From: Bugula neritina
Lineage: Eukaryota > Animalia > Bryozoa
Length of the DNA stretch: 64,000 bases
NCBI GenBank assembly: GCA_964035545.1
Contig: OZ037772.1
Coordinates: forward strand, 4,840,233 to 4,904,232
Reading direction: 5' to 3'
Part shown: piece by piece, positions 1 through 15,300 of the stretch
Numbering within the stretch: position 1 is the stretch's first letter
Layout: every line of letters starts with the position of its first letter
Translations under genes and position numbers: made by a program
Notes under the pieces: generated by a model
Databases searched by the model: none
What the model was told of the DNA's origin: nothing
Seen by the model: only the letters and a program-made list of their open reading frames with translations

Positions 1-47
<47 letters not shown>

Positions 48-75
48 TATATATAGGCCTATATATATATGTATG
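1..75. repeat. (TA)n microsatellite
   Basis: Directly visible. Confidence 0.95.
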
Positions 76-2161
76 TATTGTATGTATTCTGATATATGGA
101 CAGCAGCTGTTTTGGCATTTCTCCTCTCATCAGTACAAAACAGAATATTGTGGCTCCTGACTTTGCAATATTAGAGTTACGTTAGTATTGAAGTTGCTTC
201 AAAAGTTTTTGTAGGCGATGTTATTAATATATAGCTTAGTAATCTACAGATAAATATAAAAAATCGAATCTGAATTAATGAATAGCAAATTTTCAATCCA
301 ATAAAAAGTTATTAAATTATGCACACCTAGTTAATTTTATTCAGACATTTTTCATAAAGAAAGTATAATAAACAAAATTGTTCAAATTGCAATTTTATGC
401 TTGGTTTTATTAAATTTTGTTATTGTTTTGGTTTTTCCAGTTCGTAAGCAGTCGCTTTGAGGTTGCTAATTGAAATGACTGATTCTATATTGAGAATTTT
501 GGTCTCCTATCACTTTGAACGACTTTTTAGAATAGAAAATGCACTTAAAATGCTATTGACTAGTTAATTCAAGAGAAAAAACTTTTGTCACTCATTGGTA
601 ATTAAATAAAACCTATTACCAAAAGTTGAAGGCAAATTTCACAATAATTTCAAACAAGCCGTATTATTATGTAAATTTGAAGGTGGTAGCTTAAAGGTTA
701 ATAAAGGAGACCCAAAGCTTTTATCTGCCTTTCTTGACATCATCCAAGAAACCTGGAATATTGCTACAGTTCTTCAAAAAAAAACATTAAATAAAATATG
801 CCTTTGTGCATAATATCCATTGATGTTACTAACGCCGTTGACAATGTTGACTGGACTACTCTGTGGAAGATGCTCTTGAGGCTGAGATCTCCAGATCAAA
901 TTTTGCATTGCATCACTGATAAAATAATACCGTAAAAGAAGAGGCTCTAAAGCTATTCATATGTCAAAAGAAATTGTTTTTATTCTAACTCTACAAAACA
1001 GTTACCTTCATTTCAAAACTATAAACATGAAAGTTTGCAATTTAAACTTTGAAATCTGGCATTTTCTAGGAATTTTCTCAAAGCTTAGAGCAATGTGCAT
1101 ATACAAATGAATAAATTGTCAGAATTTTTTAGTTTTTTGATTTACTCATGTAAAATGTCCTAGGTGTCACTATTGCAAAAGATATGCTAGCAATTGTGGC
1201 TTATAACAAAAACATTTTGTGCTCTATAAAAATGAACAATAATTTAATAATACAGAAAAACAGCCTAATCAGTAACACTTAGCTTAAAGCATTAGCAAAT
1301 ATTTTTCTGATTTTTTAAAGATGATCCATTCAGTATATACTAAAACAATTTAGCTAACCGAATTGATTTAAACTTACTACATATATATCGCCTGTGACCT
1401 TTACACTTATCTTTTATTTTCTTGGTGATCTAATATTATATATAACTTTCAGCATATAACTGAGAAAATCTGGTTTCTCATGAATTGATAAATCAAAAAC
1501 TTAATGCCTGGCCTACAGCTGCAATTAAAAACTCAATCAAAACCATTCAGAAGTGTCAACATAATGTTAAACTTATGATAACCAGTGATGTTCTTAGGAC
1601 TAGCAAATTTCCCGGGTAACTTATAAAATTGTTGGTATAGCGTACCCATTATTATACTTGAAGTACACATAGTTAATCTGACATAAACAGTCTATTATAT
1701 AGAGCTGTATAGTATTTTATATACTCATCTAGGGTTTCACTGTTTTTCAAACTTTAATAGGTTTGTTGTTTTAAATTATGATTCATGTTTTTAGCATATC
1801 TACATGTATAGGTTTGTTTTAGTGTCATTGATTATTATATTCTACTTTATTAAATTGGACTGGATTTTAATTGTAAACCTGCTTGGAAATATGCTCCTAT
1901 AACAAGCGTTTTGCATGCTGTCTAAATTTGAAAATTTGTCAAAAAGCCGTACAGGTAGTGATTGAGTTTATCACAAGTAGCTATTATTTATATAATTGTA
2001 GACTATTCTTCAACGTCAATTGATACAACATTTAGCATCAAATGGTGTAATATAATAACATGGCATTTTAAATTTTCCTGAGTCGATATAGATATATATG
2101 CAACGCATATGATTCAATATCTATATATAAACGATGTAACTTGCTTCACAATACATTTTAA

Positions 2162-2512
2162 CCAATCACGTTAAATAATATTGTTAGACTAAACCAATAA
2201 TTCACCTTTTTATATATAAATTAACAAATATTCAAATAAAGTTTTAAGCAATCATATTGAGTTGATCCTGAAGTAGAGCCAATCAATGGCGTTGACTGAG
2301 GAGATTTGAATCACGTGATGCTGGCTCAGAATTGTTGCTTGAAGCCTAAATTTAGCGAAAGAGATAAGAGATAAGAGATAAGAAATAAGAGATACACTGC
2401 AATACATCATTAAAGATTCAGCAACAGCACACTAAAGGAACACCTGAGAAAAATTAAAAAACCAAACCAGATCAATTAATAGTCGAGCTTAGCTGTTTTA
2501 ATCTGTCTGCTG
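2162..2512 (+). promoter_or_regulatory. Candidate promoter and non-coding first exon of the LRR-ROCO-caspase gene
   Basis: CCAAT at 2162, 2194 and 2279; palindromic E-box TCACGTGA at 2311-2318; good donor CTG|GTAAGC after 2512; an acceptor follows at 3270. Motif inference only. Confidence 0.35.
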
Positions 2513-3122
2513 GTAAGCGTCATCCACTTTAAAAGATAATTTAGTCACAGAAGTCAAAGGTACAATTTATTTTTGTTGGATTTGTTGTTTTTAATTTACA
2601 CACGTTATAATTATTATATGGCATTGTTATATATATAGTCATGCTAGTATATCATGTAAGTGTATTTAAAGTTAGAGTTTGAACTGTACTCAGCTATAAT
2701 AAACCACCTGTTATCAGCTAATGCATGTAAACATTATTTAGAATATACTTTGATAAGATGACCTTTACTATAATCTGTTACTGTGTAGTTACAGTATACA
2801 CAGTGACACACACAGGCACACTGCAGTAGCAGGTAGGTGAGGCTACTGTTGAATTCTTAAACATTATAATATATAATAGTATATAATTATTATATCATGT
2901 TATATGTTATATATAGCATTTAGGATTGTTGTATTTCTGAGTTGAACAAGACTGATTAAAATATGTACAAAAAAGTTTTGTAAACATTGAATGGTAGTAT
3001 TAAGAAAACAACTATATATACATGTATATGTTTTGTGAATTCACCAGAATATTTGAAATAATGACATGAATGGGCTTACATATCACCACTAACTCTTATA
3101 TACCAGCTTATAACCAATTCTA

Positions 3123-3227
3123 TAGACACACAGACAGACTATTTACTGTAGACACACAGACAGACTAGTTATCGTAGACACACAGACAGACAGCTTACTG
3201 TAGACACGCAGACAGACTACTCACTGT
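3123..3227. repeat. 26-bp minisatellite, about 4 copies (tagacacacagacagactatttactg)
   Basis: Directly visible. Confidence 0.85.
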
Positions 3228-3358
3228 ATCATTGATACCTGAAATATTTCATTACCTTTTCTAATTGTAGATCATCTAATAATGGAAACACAAAACTAGA
3301 ACATCTTCAACTGCTACAGATAAAAGTCAACATTAAAAAAAGTGTGGAGAAACTAGAA

Positions 3359-3380
3359 ATGAGTCGAGACTCATCTACAG
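3359..3380 (+). CDS. Probable first coding exon (MSRDSST, phase 1)
   Basis: ATG at 3359; donor CAG|GTATTC after 3380; phase 1 matches the acceptor at 3529/3530; upstream acceptor ttgtag at 3270. Confidence 0.55.
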
Positions 3381-6300
3381 GTATTCCACCATGACTATAG
3401 GTTTCTCTTTCTTTCATATATTATGTTGAGTTGTTCACTGAACATGTATAAAACTACTAAAACTGTGCTACCAACAAAACATTTTAGCCGAGAATTTTTA
3501 TACTCTTCAACCATATCATATAATTACAGATACGTACAGTGTCTGGTTCAGACACTCTGGAGAAGATCCACCCGATTTGTCATGGTTTCAAAAAGACACA
3601 CAAAAATACACCGTAGATGATATAAAGGAAGAGGTTAAAGGTCACACAATCACCCACATGATAGTAAATGGTGCTCTACCAGATAATATTCATCTGCTGG
3701 CTCCAGAGTTGAGACACTTGAGAGTGAAGAATGTGAAATCTGTCTCTAACCTGTCTGAGTAAGTATCGGGTTATTATTAAATATATAAAGAAATATAAGA
3801 ATATCTTTAGTGGAGGTGACAACAAACACCAACGAGCTACCAATAGCTAGCAAAAAATTTAGCTCCCAAAAAAATTAACATATAAGCAGATTCTATATTA
3901 AAGTAATGTTTTTTCCCTCATATATATGATACTCTGTGTGTAATTTTGTAACATATCATCCATCTGATCTGCTTTGGTAGGCTTACATCTTGCCCAGGGT
4001 TTATAAAGTAAATGAGAAATAGTAAATAATACAGCATATATAATTTTAGAGTCTAAAGTCTAAACTCTCTATGAAGAATGTAGAATAACTCAATTTAAGA
4101 CCAATTGTTGAGCTATCTTACAAAATTACTTCCAACTATTAGGTTACATAGCTAGCTTCATTATGCTCATCTAAAATATTTCTAAATACAAGCAGAGGCC
4201 ATAGAGAATGCATAAAGTATAACAAAGTAATCTTTTCTGTTTTTATATTATTTACACTGTGCTGTGACCCTAATTCAAGCGTATTATGCTTGTATACCTT
4301 CATGTCCGGGCTGTCAGCGGATAGTTAAGGGCATCCTCACTAAGAATATCATAATTTTTTCTCAAAATGTAGTTTAGGTTCTTGAATAATACTACTCTGC
4401 GGGTGGCATGTGTGTTGCCTACTTGCAATTGTTTAGCCTCAGATCAAACTACAACCAATAAGCAGCAACCTCCATTAAGGCTGTGTTATCTATCAACATT
4501 CCATTATAGGCGCTTTATAAACAAAGCATCGAGCAAGCTATTCATTATAGCCTGCTAGCTAGCAAGCCTATAATTAGCATGTAAGGGCCAATATCTTCTC
4601 ATCCCTACGTGCTCATTGAAGCGTGAAGTGCTGTGCGCTGCTAATTTACTATGAAAAAATATGGCATTTTCAGTGTATAAATCACCAATTTGTGGGCAAT
4701 CTAGAAGAGTTATTGGAAAAAGAAAAAAATTTACCCTGGAAAAATATCTCAGGACTCCAGCAGTGCAATTTTTATTCAGATATCATGCTTTGCTGCTGAG
4801 ATATTTTACTGGTACTAAAAAGTCAGCTTTTCAAGCAAAATTGGCCAAAATTGGACAGTTTTTTGTCTATAACTTTGCAAAAAAAATGAAAATTGAAATT
4901 TCCAAAAACTTGTCCTGGAGAAAAAAAAGATCTACAGCATAGTTTTTAAATTTTGACTCTAGCACAATTGGGTGAGATTTTATTTTACTGGTACTGAATT
5001 CTTATATGATTACAATGCAAACCTCAGCAAGGCAGTTGCAGCTAAAAGGTTGCCCTTAACTATCCTGTGTAGGTACTTTATTAAAAGCATATGAGATGCA
5101 ATATTAGGCAGATTTTTGACCATTTGGCATCCATACTCTGGACCCTTACTAAACATTAGCCTATGTATTATATTGTAACATGTTAGTCATAGCGTCTTCT
5201 CCTAGTCTTCCCGTTTGGCATGCGGGAAGACAGTTTGACTGGTATATCCTGTGAAGCTACTGTCCGATCAGCTTGGATATAGGCACGTGACCTGACCCTT
5301 ATAAACAGTACCTTCCAGCGCGCAGAGCAGAATCGGCTAGGCTAGCAACTGGATAGAATGTATTCTTGTATTATTGTATTCTTGTGTTTTTTGACTCATG
5401 AAAAGCTTTTCCTAATTATATCTTATGTGTAAAACATATCTATTCTCTCACGTTCCTGACTACACATTTGACTATACATGTGATGCAATAATTGGCAACA
5501 TACAAAACATACCCACAAACTATAGTTTTGAAAACTATAACAATGGTGGCAGCGGTGAGATATTGCATGCAATGCAACTGCCATTGGGACAGTGAACCAG
5601 GATTAGCGTGGCAGAAATTGATTCCGGAGTACCCCTAGTGGCAGAAGGGCCGGCGCAGTCTCCATGACCTATGGAAAGTTAGCCTATACGTAAAATAGAT
5701 GAGAGGACCCCGTGCCACAAGGTGAGCAGGCGTACAGGTGTTGCCTGAAAGCACTTATCTTGACTGGCCAGGAGGATTTTGAACAGGTCACCCAGAAATT
5801 CAGCGATATAGTAGCCATTACACAATGGTCCCCCTGTGTGGCCCTGATACAGTTGTGGCTGGCGTTGGCAAAGAAGGCCAAGCACTATGGGCTAGGACCT
5901 AACGTCGACAAGATATTTGCTGCACTGTGAGCCTGCTTTGGCTCTCCGCTGTAGACGTCAGAGTCCGCCTGCAAGGGTTGCGGCGTGACCCACGTACGTC
6001 TCTCCAGGAACATGCGGTTACGGTTGAAAAGTTGGCACAGATCACGTATGGCGACTTGCCACCTGTTAACCAAGAGCGTTACACCTTTGATGCTTTTATT
6101 CAGTCCTTTAATGACCTAAGTCTCTATTACCAGCTTCTGGCAAGAAGAGTCGTGATGGCCGAGGACGCTTTGCGCGAAGGCGAGGCCAATCTATTAGATA
6201 CCCACCTTTGTGGGGGTCGCGTGAGTTCTCGACAGGTCAATGTAGATTAGAGAGAGGATCACTATGGCCATCCCCCACTCACGTAGCGGCAGCCTCGCAA

Positions 6301-9300
6301 GCTTTTCATCAGACGCAGAGGTTACCCATATGCATGAGAAGATGGGGAAGCCAGTGGCAGCCCTAGCTCAATCCAAGGCGTCAACTTCTGCCACGTGCTG
6401 GGATTGTGGCGGTCACGGACATCTCCACGAGGAGTGCCCAAGGATGAGAAGGGAGGTAAACTCTCGCGGCCCCCAAATGTTTCCCTTCACCAGGAGCCAC
6501 GAGTGAGGGACTTCTTATGGGGAAACTGTCAGCCGTCCAAACGGATGCAACAGACCACCCCGCAAAGATGGCAAGTGCCACGCAGGACAGATCGACCGTA
6601 TGATAGATCCGATACCTTTACCTTGCCACTCTACAATACCTTCGACGGGTTGTCTAAACCAGAATCTGAGGGAAGACAAGACTTAGCATCTGAGGGAATG
6701 TTTTCCCCCCTCAAACACCCACTTGTGGCCGCCAGAGGTCACATCAGTCGCAGCTCAAAGCGAGAGAGTTATCTCCTGCAGAGAAAAAGCACGCTAGGGG
6801 GAGTAGAGGTACAACCCTACAAAGGCAGCTACTTCTTACCAGGCAAAGTAGCCAACAACGTTGTCATCTTCTTGTTGGATTCAAAATGGACCACAAACCT
6901 CCTAAGTCGCTAACTCTTTGACACCCTCAGCGCTAGAGATAAGGCTGGGTTGCAACCGTACGACGGGGAACATGGCACGTTGGCAGACGGCTCATGTATG
7001 CCTTTTCATAGTATAGTCAAGTTGACAGAACATGTGCGGGATCAAGCTATCTAGGAAACTTTCATTGTCGGTCAACTCAGTGAGGATGCTAACTTCGGGA
7101 TGGCGTTCTTGAAGAGAAACGATTGTTATATTGACCTTAGCAAAATTGCGGTGGTTATGACTGGGCGTGAGCTCATCTGTGTCCACAAGTTTGGCAATGC
7201 TCTCAAAGGAGGCGTGCTGAGGCATTTTCAATAGATTGTAACATAGTGAGAAAATGCAGCTAACTGCTAATGTAAAATAGAGAACATTATATTGGCAGAA
7301 TTCCAATAGATTGCAAAGTTGTGCGAGAGGGTAATATGTTATTGTGATAGCGTCCAGAGCGGCAAATGTACTAGGAACGTTATAATTAGTGACAGGAGCG
7401 TAGCTAGAACCACCATATGCATAATCTAGATAATTGCAATAAAACTTTCATAATGGTATATGTTTTGACCAAATTGCAAAAAGCATAAACATAATTTTGA
7501 AGAACAAAGAAAGTATATTAGAGAAAACATAACAATGAATGTCAAGTTTAAAATTTAGACTTGCTAAAATGAATTCCCTGTGCTACAGCAGTGGAACATG
7601 GAGGGTGTTAAATTTTACTTATTGTGCAACAAATTTTTCAGAATTTCTTTTTTGAAAAATCAAAAAATATATGAAAGGGGAATGCAGGAGCTATCTTTTC
7701 ATGTTTAATTTGTTAATGTGAGACAAAAACTATTTGAGCTATCCCTCGAAAATAGAAGCTCTCTAGACCCTACTAAACATTAGCTTATGTATTATATTAT
7801 AATTTGTTAGTCAAAACGTTTTCTCTTAGTCTACCCGTTTGGCATAGGAGAAGAAAGCGTGACTGGTATATACTGTGGAGCTACTCTCTAATCAGCTTAA
7901 ATATGGACTTGATCCCATTCTCTCACATTTCTGACTACCCATTTGGTTGATTACATGATACACGTTTTTACTTGGGGAAATAAACAGTTCAAGCTTCATT
8001 GTGTAATATCCTGCAGACTAAAATCAATTGCGTTGAGTTAGCAATATATAATAGTAAATAAGTTTTTGGTTATATATATTTTGTATTATTTAATTTGTAT
8101 TATATAATTTACTGTCTGCTATAGCATGCCTAATCTGAAGAATCTGGAGACTCTTGATATGTCAAGTAATAAGTTCAGTGATGGATTACCGGATGTAGTC
8201 ACATCAATGACATCTCTTAAGGAGTTGATTATCAGTTTCTGTGAGCTACCAAATCTACCTGAAAGGTTAGTAAAACCAACTGAATATGAAATACAAATAA
8301 ACTGTTTTTATCTAGGGTTTTGCATAAATGTATTTTTCTAGACTCATATTTTTTGGTTGCTAAATATCTTGTGAAAATCTCTCAAGTTTCTTGCAATTTT
8401 TTGCAATATTATAACATAAATATGCAGATAAATATATGCTAATAAAGCAATGGTATGTATAAAATTATAACATGTGGCTAAATAGAATATATTATATGTG
8501 GGAAACGTTACAACATTTTAATTTTATATGCTTGAAATGAGTAAATTAGGTAAATTATAAGTTGACCTTATTAGCCTTTTCTTGAAAAATAAAAAGCATA
8601 AGTTTCAATATGTAATATCCTGTAGACTAAAATCATACTTTGATCTGCCAATATAATGTATATAACTGATATTTAAATAAGTCATACTGTCTTTTGCTAT
8701 ACTATAAGCAGTAATAAACTTTAATGAACGTGTTATAAACAATTAATCTGTATTTTGAAGCATAAAACAAAAGTGAATTATTTTAGCAAATTACCTGTAG
8801 CTATATATGTTAGATGTTAGATGGTTGTACTATACTATTTCATGTCTCAACTAGTATATGTTTACTATAGCATGTCTAATCTGAAGAATCTGGAGACTCT
8901 CGATACGTCAGGGAATAGGTTCAGGGAAGGGTTTCCTGAGGTATTAGCATCAATTACATCTTTAAGAAAGTTGGATATGCTTTACTGTGCGCTACCAACT
9001 CTACCTGAAAGGTTAGTAACAGCAACAAATATATATATAAAAGAAAAACAAACCAACTGAATATGAAATACAAATAAACTGTTTATCTAAGATTTTGAAT
9101 GCCTGCATTTTTCTAGACTCATATTTTTTGTTGCTAAATATTTTGTGACAATTTCTCAAAACTGTTAAAAATCTTGCTATAGTTACTATTACATAAAATG
9201 CACAACTAAGTGTACAATAATAAAGATATGCTATCTATAATATTATAAAATGTGGTTAACTGAATTTATATAATATATTGGAAACTTTACAATATTTTAA

Positions 9301-12300
9301 TTTCGTATCCTTGAAACGGGTAAAAGCTAGCAAGTTGAGTTGATTGGTTTTCCTTCATAGATAATAAAAAGCTCACGCTTCAATATGTAATATCATGCAG
9401 ACTAAAATCAGACTTTGATCTGGCAATATAATGTATAATTCATATTTAATTGAGTCATACAGTCATACAGTTATAAATTTTTTTGTTATGCTCTAAGCTT
9501 TAATATACTTTAAAGATTTAGAAACAATTATTTTGTATTTTGAAGTATGAAACAAAAATGGATTGTTTTCAAAAACTGCCAGTGATGATAGAAAACATTA
9601 TTATATATACTAATAAAATGTAAATTGTATAATTTGTATTCAGCTTAAGGTGTTGAAAAGAAGAACTCATGCAGTATATTTCACACACATATGTGAGAGT
9701 TATATCTAATAATGTTTTTTATTCCAACTTCATTCTCTATTGGATAAGATTTACCTATCAATAAAAAGATTTATGCTGAAATTACATTTATTTTACTTTA
9801 GATGGTTGTATTACTGTATGATGTCTCAACTGGTATATTTTTACTATAGCATGTCTAATCTAAAGAATTTGGAGACTCTTAATATGTCGGAGAATAACTT
9901 CAGTGAAGGATTACCTGATGTATTCACATCAATGACATCTCTAAGAGAGTTGCATATGAAGAACTGTAAACTAGAAACTCTACCTGAGAGGTTAGTGAAA
10001 GCAACTCAATATGAAATACAAATAAAATGTTTTTATCTGTAGTACACGACATCCAGGATTTGCCCCCAGTTCTTTAAACTTGAATTTTTTGCTGCCAAAC
10101 AATGTCTGAAAATTTTTCCAACCTGTTAAATTAGTCTTCCTATTTTGTATATAATGTGCAAACAAATATAGGCCAATAAAAAGAGTCTATGTAATATTAT
10201 GACATGTGGTTATAGATTATATAAGATATGTTACATTATTTTAGTTTCCTATAATGCTTGAATCAGGTAAAAGTTAAGGAGTGAGGTTCAGTATATAGTT
10301 TTTGTCTTGAAAAGATATACAGCTTAAGCTCTATTATATAATTTACTTGCAGACTAAAGTTGCGTTTATACCTTCACGATCTCGGTCAAAATTTCAATTT
10401 GGCCGGGTTGAAATTTTTCCGAGTTGCATTGCATTGTAAAAGCCACTTGTTGAAAATTTTGCACTGTGATAACGTAATCGGCCAATTTTAGAATAGGAGT
10501 AATAACTCCTTGTAAACATCGTTATTTAGTTATTACTTTGGCGATTAGACAACATACTTATACGGTTATGATTATATAGCCTACGCCTTCTCAATTATCG
10601 CTTTTAAGCTTTCCGCTTCACTAATTCACGACATTTACAAAGGGCATCAAATAGCTATTATGCGAGTCAAATTTCAATTTCAGAAAGTGAGCAACCGCAT
10701 CAATATAATTTCAACGAGTTTAAGTTTGACTATAAAGGGGTACCCGGAAAAGCGTTATTAACTTAAACTCGTTACTTTTTTCAGCAGAGGTATAAATGCA
10801 ACTTAAAACTAGCCATTGATCTGACAACATAACGTATAGCCTAATTGATATCTAAATTATACAGTTTTTTTATATACAATAAAAATATTCAATTTGACAA
10901 TCTTCAAATTTTATAGTAAAACAAAAACAAATTGTTTTAGCAAGTCACCTGTAATTATCAAAAAAAAATTTTAATTGGTGAGTAAAATTTAAATTGCACA
11001 TTTTATGTTTTACTCAGTTTTGTACAATAAACTCATGCTGCATGCAGTACATATTTCACATTCATATGTAATATCTACTGTTTATCTACTAATGTATTTT
11101 AATCCAACTTAATTTTCCATTCGATAAAATTTAAATACCAATCGACAATTTTGTGCTAGAATTACATTGCTTTAGCTTAAGATAGTTGTATTATTAAATG
11201 ATGCCTCAAATTTAGTAAGGAATTATACCTGATGTAGTCGAGGGGTATTGGGTATTGGATATCAATTACTGTGAACTACCAATTCTACCTGAGAGGTTTG
11301 TAAAAGCAACAATTTTATTTAATACAAATAAACTGTTTCTATCTGGGATTTTGCATAGCTGTATTTTTCTAGATTTAAATTTTTTGCTGCTTGATTTCTT
11401 GAAAAGAAGAACTCATGCACTATATTTCACACACATTTGGGAGATTTATATCTCATAATGTCTTTTATTCCAACTTCATTTTCCATTGAATGAAATTTAT
11501 ATATCAATAAAAAACTTACAGCTGGAATTAGATTTCCTTTGCTTTAAATGGTTTTATTACTATATGATGTCTCAACTGGTTTATGTTTACTATAGCATGT
11601 CTAATCTGAAGAATCTGGAGTTTCTTGATATGTCACAGAATAAGTTCAGTGATGGAGTACCTGATGTATTCACATCAATGACATCTCTAAGAGAGCTAGA
11701 TATGAGAAGCTGTGCACTGCCAACTCTACCTGAGAGGTTTGTAAAAGCAACAATCATAGGGAATACAAATTAACTGTTTCTATCTGGGATTTTGCAGGCT
11801 TGCCTTTGTTTAGACTTGCCAAATACTTTGTGAAAATTTCTCAAATCTATTAGGTACAAAAGCAACAATTATATGAAATACAAACAAACTGTTTCTATCT
11901 AGGGTTTTTAATGCCTGCCTTTATCTAGACTTGTCAAATACTTTGTGAGAATTTCTCAAGTGTATTAGGTACAAAATCTTGCCATAATTATTACATAAAA
12001 TAGGCATATAAATATACGCTAATAAAGACATGTTATGTATAATAATTATTATAACACATGTGGTTAAATAGAATATATTATTAATAGGAAACTTTACAAT
12101 GTTCTAATTTCCCATGCTTGAAACCAGTAAAAGTTAGTAAGTTGAGTAGTTATTAGCTTTTTCTTGAAAAAATATACTGTCTCTGCTTTATTATGTAATA
12201 TTCTGCAAACTACAGTGTGGCTTTGATCTTCCAATATAATATATAATTCATATTTAAATAAGGCATACAGTCTTTTTTTATACCTCAAGCAGTAATAAAC

Positions 12301-15300
12301 TTTCAAGTTTTAGAAACAAATAATCTGTATTTTGAAATATCAAACAAAAATGTATTATTTTCAAAAACTACCAATAACGATAGAAGATATAATTATATAT
12401 ACAAATATAATGTGAATTTCATAACTTGTATTCTGCTTAAAGTGTTAAAAGAAGAACTCATACATGCAGTATATTTCACACACATATGTGAAATTCATAT
12501 CTAACAATGTTTTTTATTCCAACTTTATTTTCCATTAGATGAAATTTATATATCAATAAGAAACTTTCCTTTGCTTCAGATGGTTTCATTACCATATGAT
12601 GTCTCAACTGGTATGTGTTTACAATAGCATGTCTAATCTGAAGAATCTGGAGACTCTTGATATGTCATGGAATAAATTCAGTGATGAATTACCTGATGTA
12701 TTCACATCAATGACATCTCTAAGGACGTTGTATATGCAGAACTGTGAACTACCAACTCTACATGAGAGGTTAGTGAAAGCAACTAAATATGAAACACACA
12801 TAAAATGTTTTTATCTGTAGTACACGACATCCAGGATTTGTCCGCATTTCTTTATACTTAAATTCTTTGCTGGCAAATAATTTCTGAAAATTTTTTTCAA
12901 ACCTGTGAAATTATTCTTGCTATATTGTATACAATATGCAAATAAATACAAGCCAATAATAAGATTCAATGTAGTATTATGACATATGGTTCTAGAATAT
13001 ATAAAAATGTTACAAATTTCAGTTTCCTATATTCCTTAACCCTTGAATTAAGTAAAAGTTAATGAGTTGTGTTCAGTATATAGTTTTTTTAAAAGATATA
13101 CAGCTTAAGCTCTATTATATAATATACTTGCAGACTAAAACTAGCCATTGATCTGACAACATATTGTATAATTGATATCAAAATTACACAGTTTTTTATT
13201 GAATGCAATAAAAATTGTTAATTTGATAATCTTTAAATTTTAAAGTATAACAAAAACAAATTATTTTAGCAAATCACTTGTAATTATCGAAAAGAAATTA
13301 TTTTATATGTGAATAAAACTTTAGTTGTACATCTGATGCTTTACTCAGTTTTGAAAATTAAGAGCTCATGCTGCAGTACATGTTTCACATGCATATGTAA
13401 TATCTACTGTTTATCTACTAATGTATTTTATTCTAACTTCATTTTCAATCGAATGAAATCTGTATGTCAATCGGCAATTTTATGCTAGAATTAAATTGCT
13501 TTAGCTTAAGATGGTTGTGTTACTATATGATGTCTCAACTGGTATATGTTTACTATAGCATGTCTAATATGGAGAATCTGGAGACTCTTGATATGTCAGT
13601 GAATAACTTCAGGGAAGGATTACCTGATGTATTCACATCAATGAAATCTCTAAGGACGTTGAATATGCAGAACTGTAAACTAACAACTCTACCTGAGAGG
13701 TTAGTGAGAATGCATTAAATAAAATGTTCATTAGTGTGAAGGATACAGTTATGCGAATAAAATTACTCATTTTTTATTAAAAGTATCTACAGGTTTTGAA
13801 GTTTTACCTTTTTACAAACTTGTTGCATTTCTCAAGTGCAATATATTAGGTTCACAGTAGAATCACAAATACCAGCTGTGTTACATACTTCCCATTGAAA
13901 GTCAACCACCGGCTTGCCAGCTGACGTTCTAGCCATTACACTCCAAGGGTAATCCTAACACTCCATGCAACCAGTTATTCTAAACTCTGTTGGTCCCCTT
14001 ACTACTCATTCAGTTTAGGCTTCCCGGCCTCTCAACTCTCTTGGCGTACTACCAAAATGCTATACTAAATGTGAAAGAGCTTGCTAACAATTACACACGG
14101 GTCACCAGGTGATCTCAACACCACACTAAGCTGTTCACGTGTGCATTCAGTTTCCTGCTACCACAAAGCTATTCACCTGCACTAACTGTCATGATGTAAG
14201 AACTTCAATTACAGGAGGTTGTAATTCTACATACCCCTCCTTTCAAATGGAAGGACATCACAATTACTAGACTTTAAATTATTATAAGCGCATTACAGAG
14301 ATTACTTGATTAGCATGTGAATAAAGTCTTATTTGTATCTTTTATGCTTCACTTGGTCTAATATATGAGCTGCACACTTGTATGACACAGTAGATGTGCA
14401 CAGCCATAATCTACTACCGTATTACTAAATGATGTTTCAATTACTATATTATGTTTACTATAGCATGTCTAATCTGGAGAATCTGGAGACCCTTGATATG
14501 TCAGGGAATAACTTCAGTAAAGGATTACCTGATGTATTCGCATCAATGACATCTCTAAGAGAGTTGCATATGAAGAGTTGTGAACTACCAACTCTACCTG
14601 AGAGGTTAGTGAAAACAACTCAATATGAAATGCAAATAAACTATTTTTCCTGTAATACACGACATCCAGGATTTGCCCGCATTTCTTTATACCTAAATTT
14701 TTTGCTGCCAAATAATTTCTGAAAATTCTTCAAACCTGTGAAATTATTCTTGCTATATTGTATATAATATGCAAATAAATACAAGCCAATAAAAAGAATA
14801 TATGTAGTATTATGGCATATGATTCTAGAAATATAAAAAATGTTACAATACTTTAATTTCCTATATTCCTTAACGCTCGAATTGAGTAAAAGTTAATGAA
14901 TTTAGTTCAGTATATAATTTTTTTTCAGAAGTTATACAGCTTAAGCTCTGTTATATAATATACCTGCAGGTTAAAACTAGCTATTGATCTGACAACATAA
15001 CGTATAATTGATATGTAAATTATACAGTCTTTTATTAAATGCAATAAAAATTGTTAATTTGACAATCTTTAAATTTCAAAGTATAACAAAAACAAACTAT
15101 TTAAGCAAATCACTTGTAATTATTGAAATGAATTGCTTTTATATGTGAATAAAACTTGAGTTGTACATCTGATGTTTCACTAAGTTTTAAAAAAAGCTCA
15201 TGCTGCAGTACATGTTTCACATGCATATGTAATATCTACTGTATATCTACTAATGTATTTTATTCTAACTTCATTTTCAATCGAATAAAGTCTGTATGTC

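Noticed and set aside
4661-4942. ORFs 4661-4942, 43159-43488 and 43511-43723 as a duplicated small gene
   Set aside because: They lie inside two copies of the same MITE and their frames are not conserved between copies.
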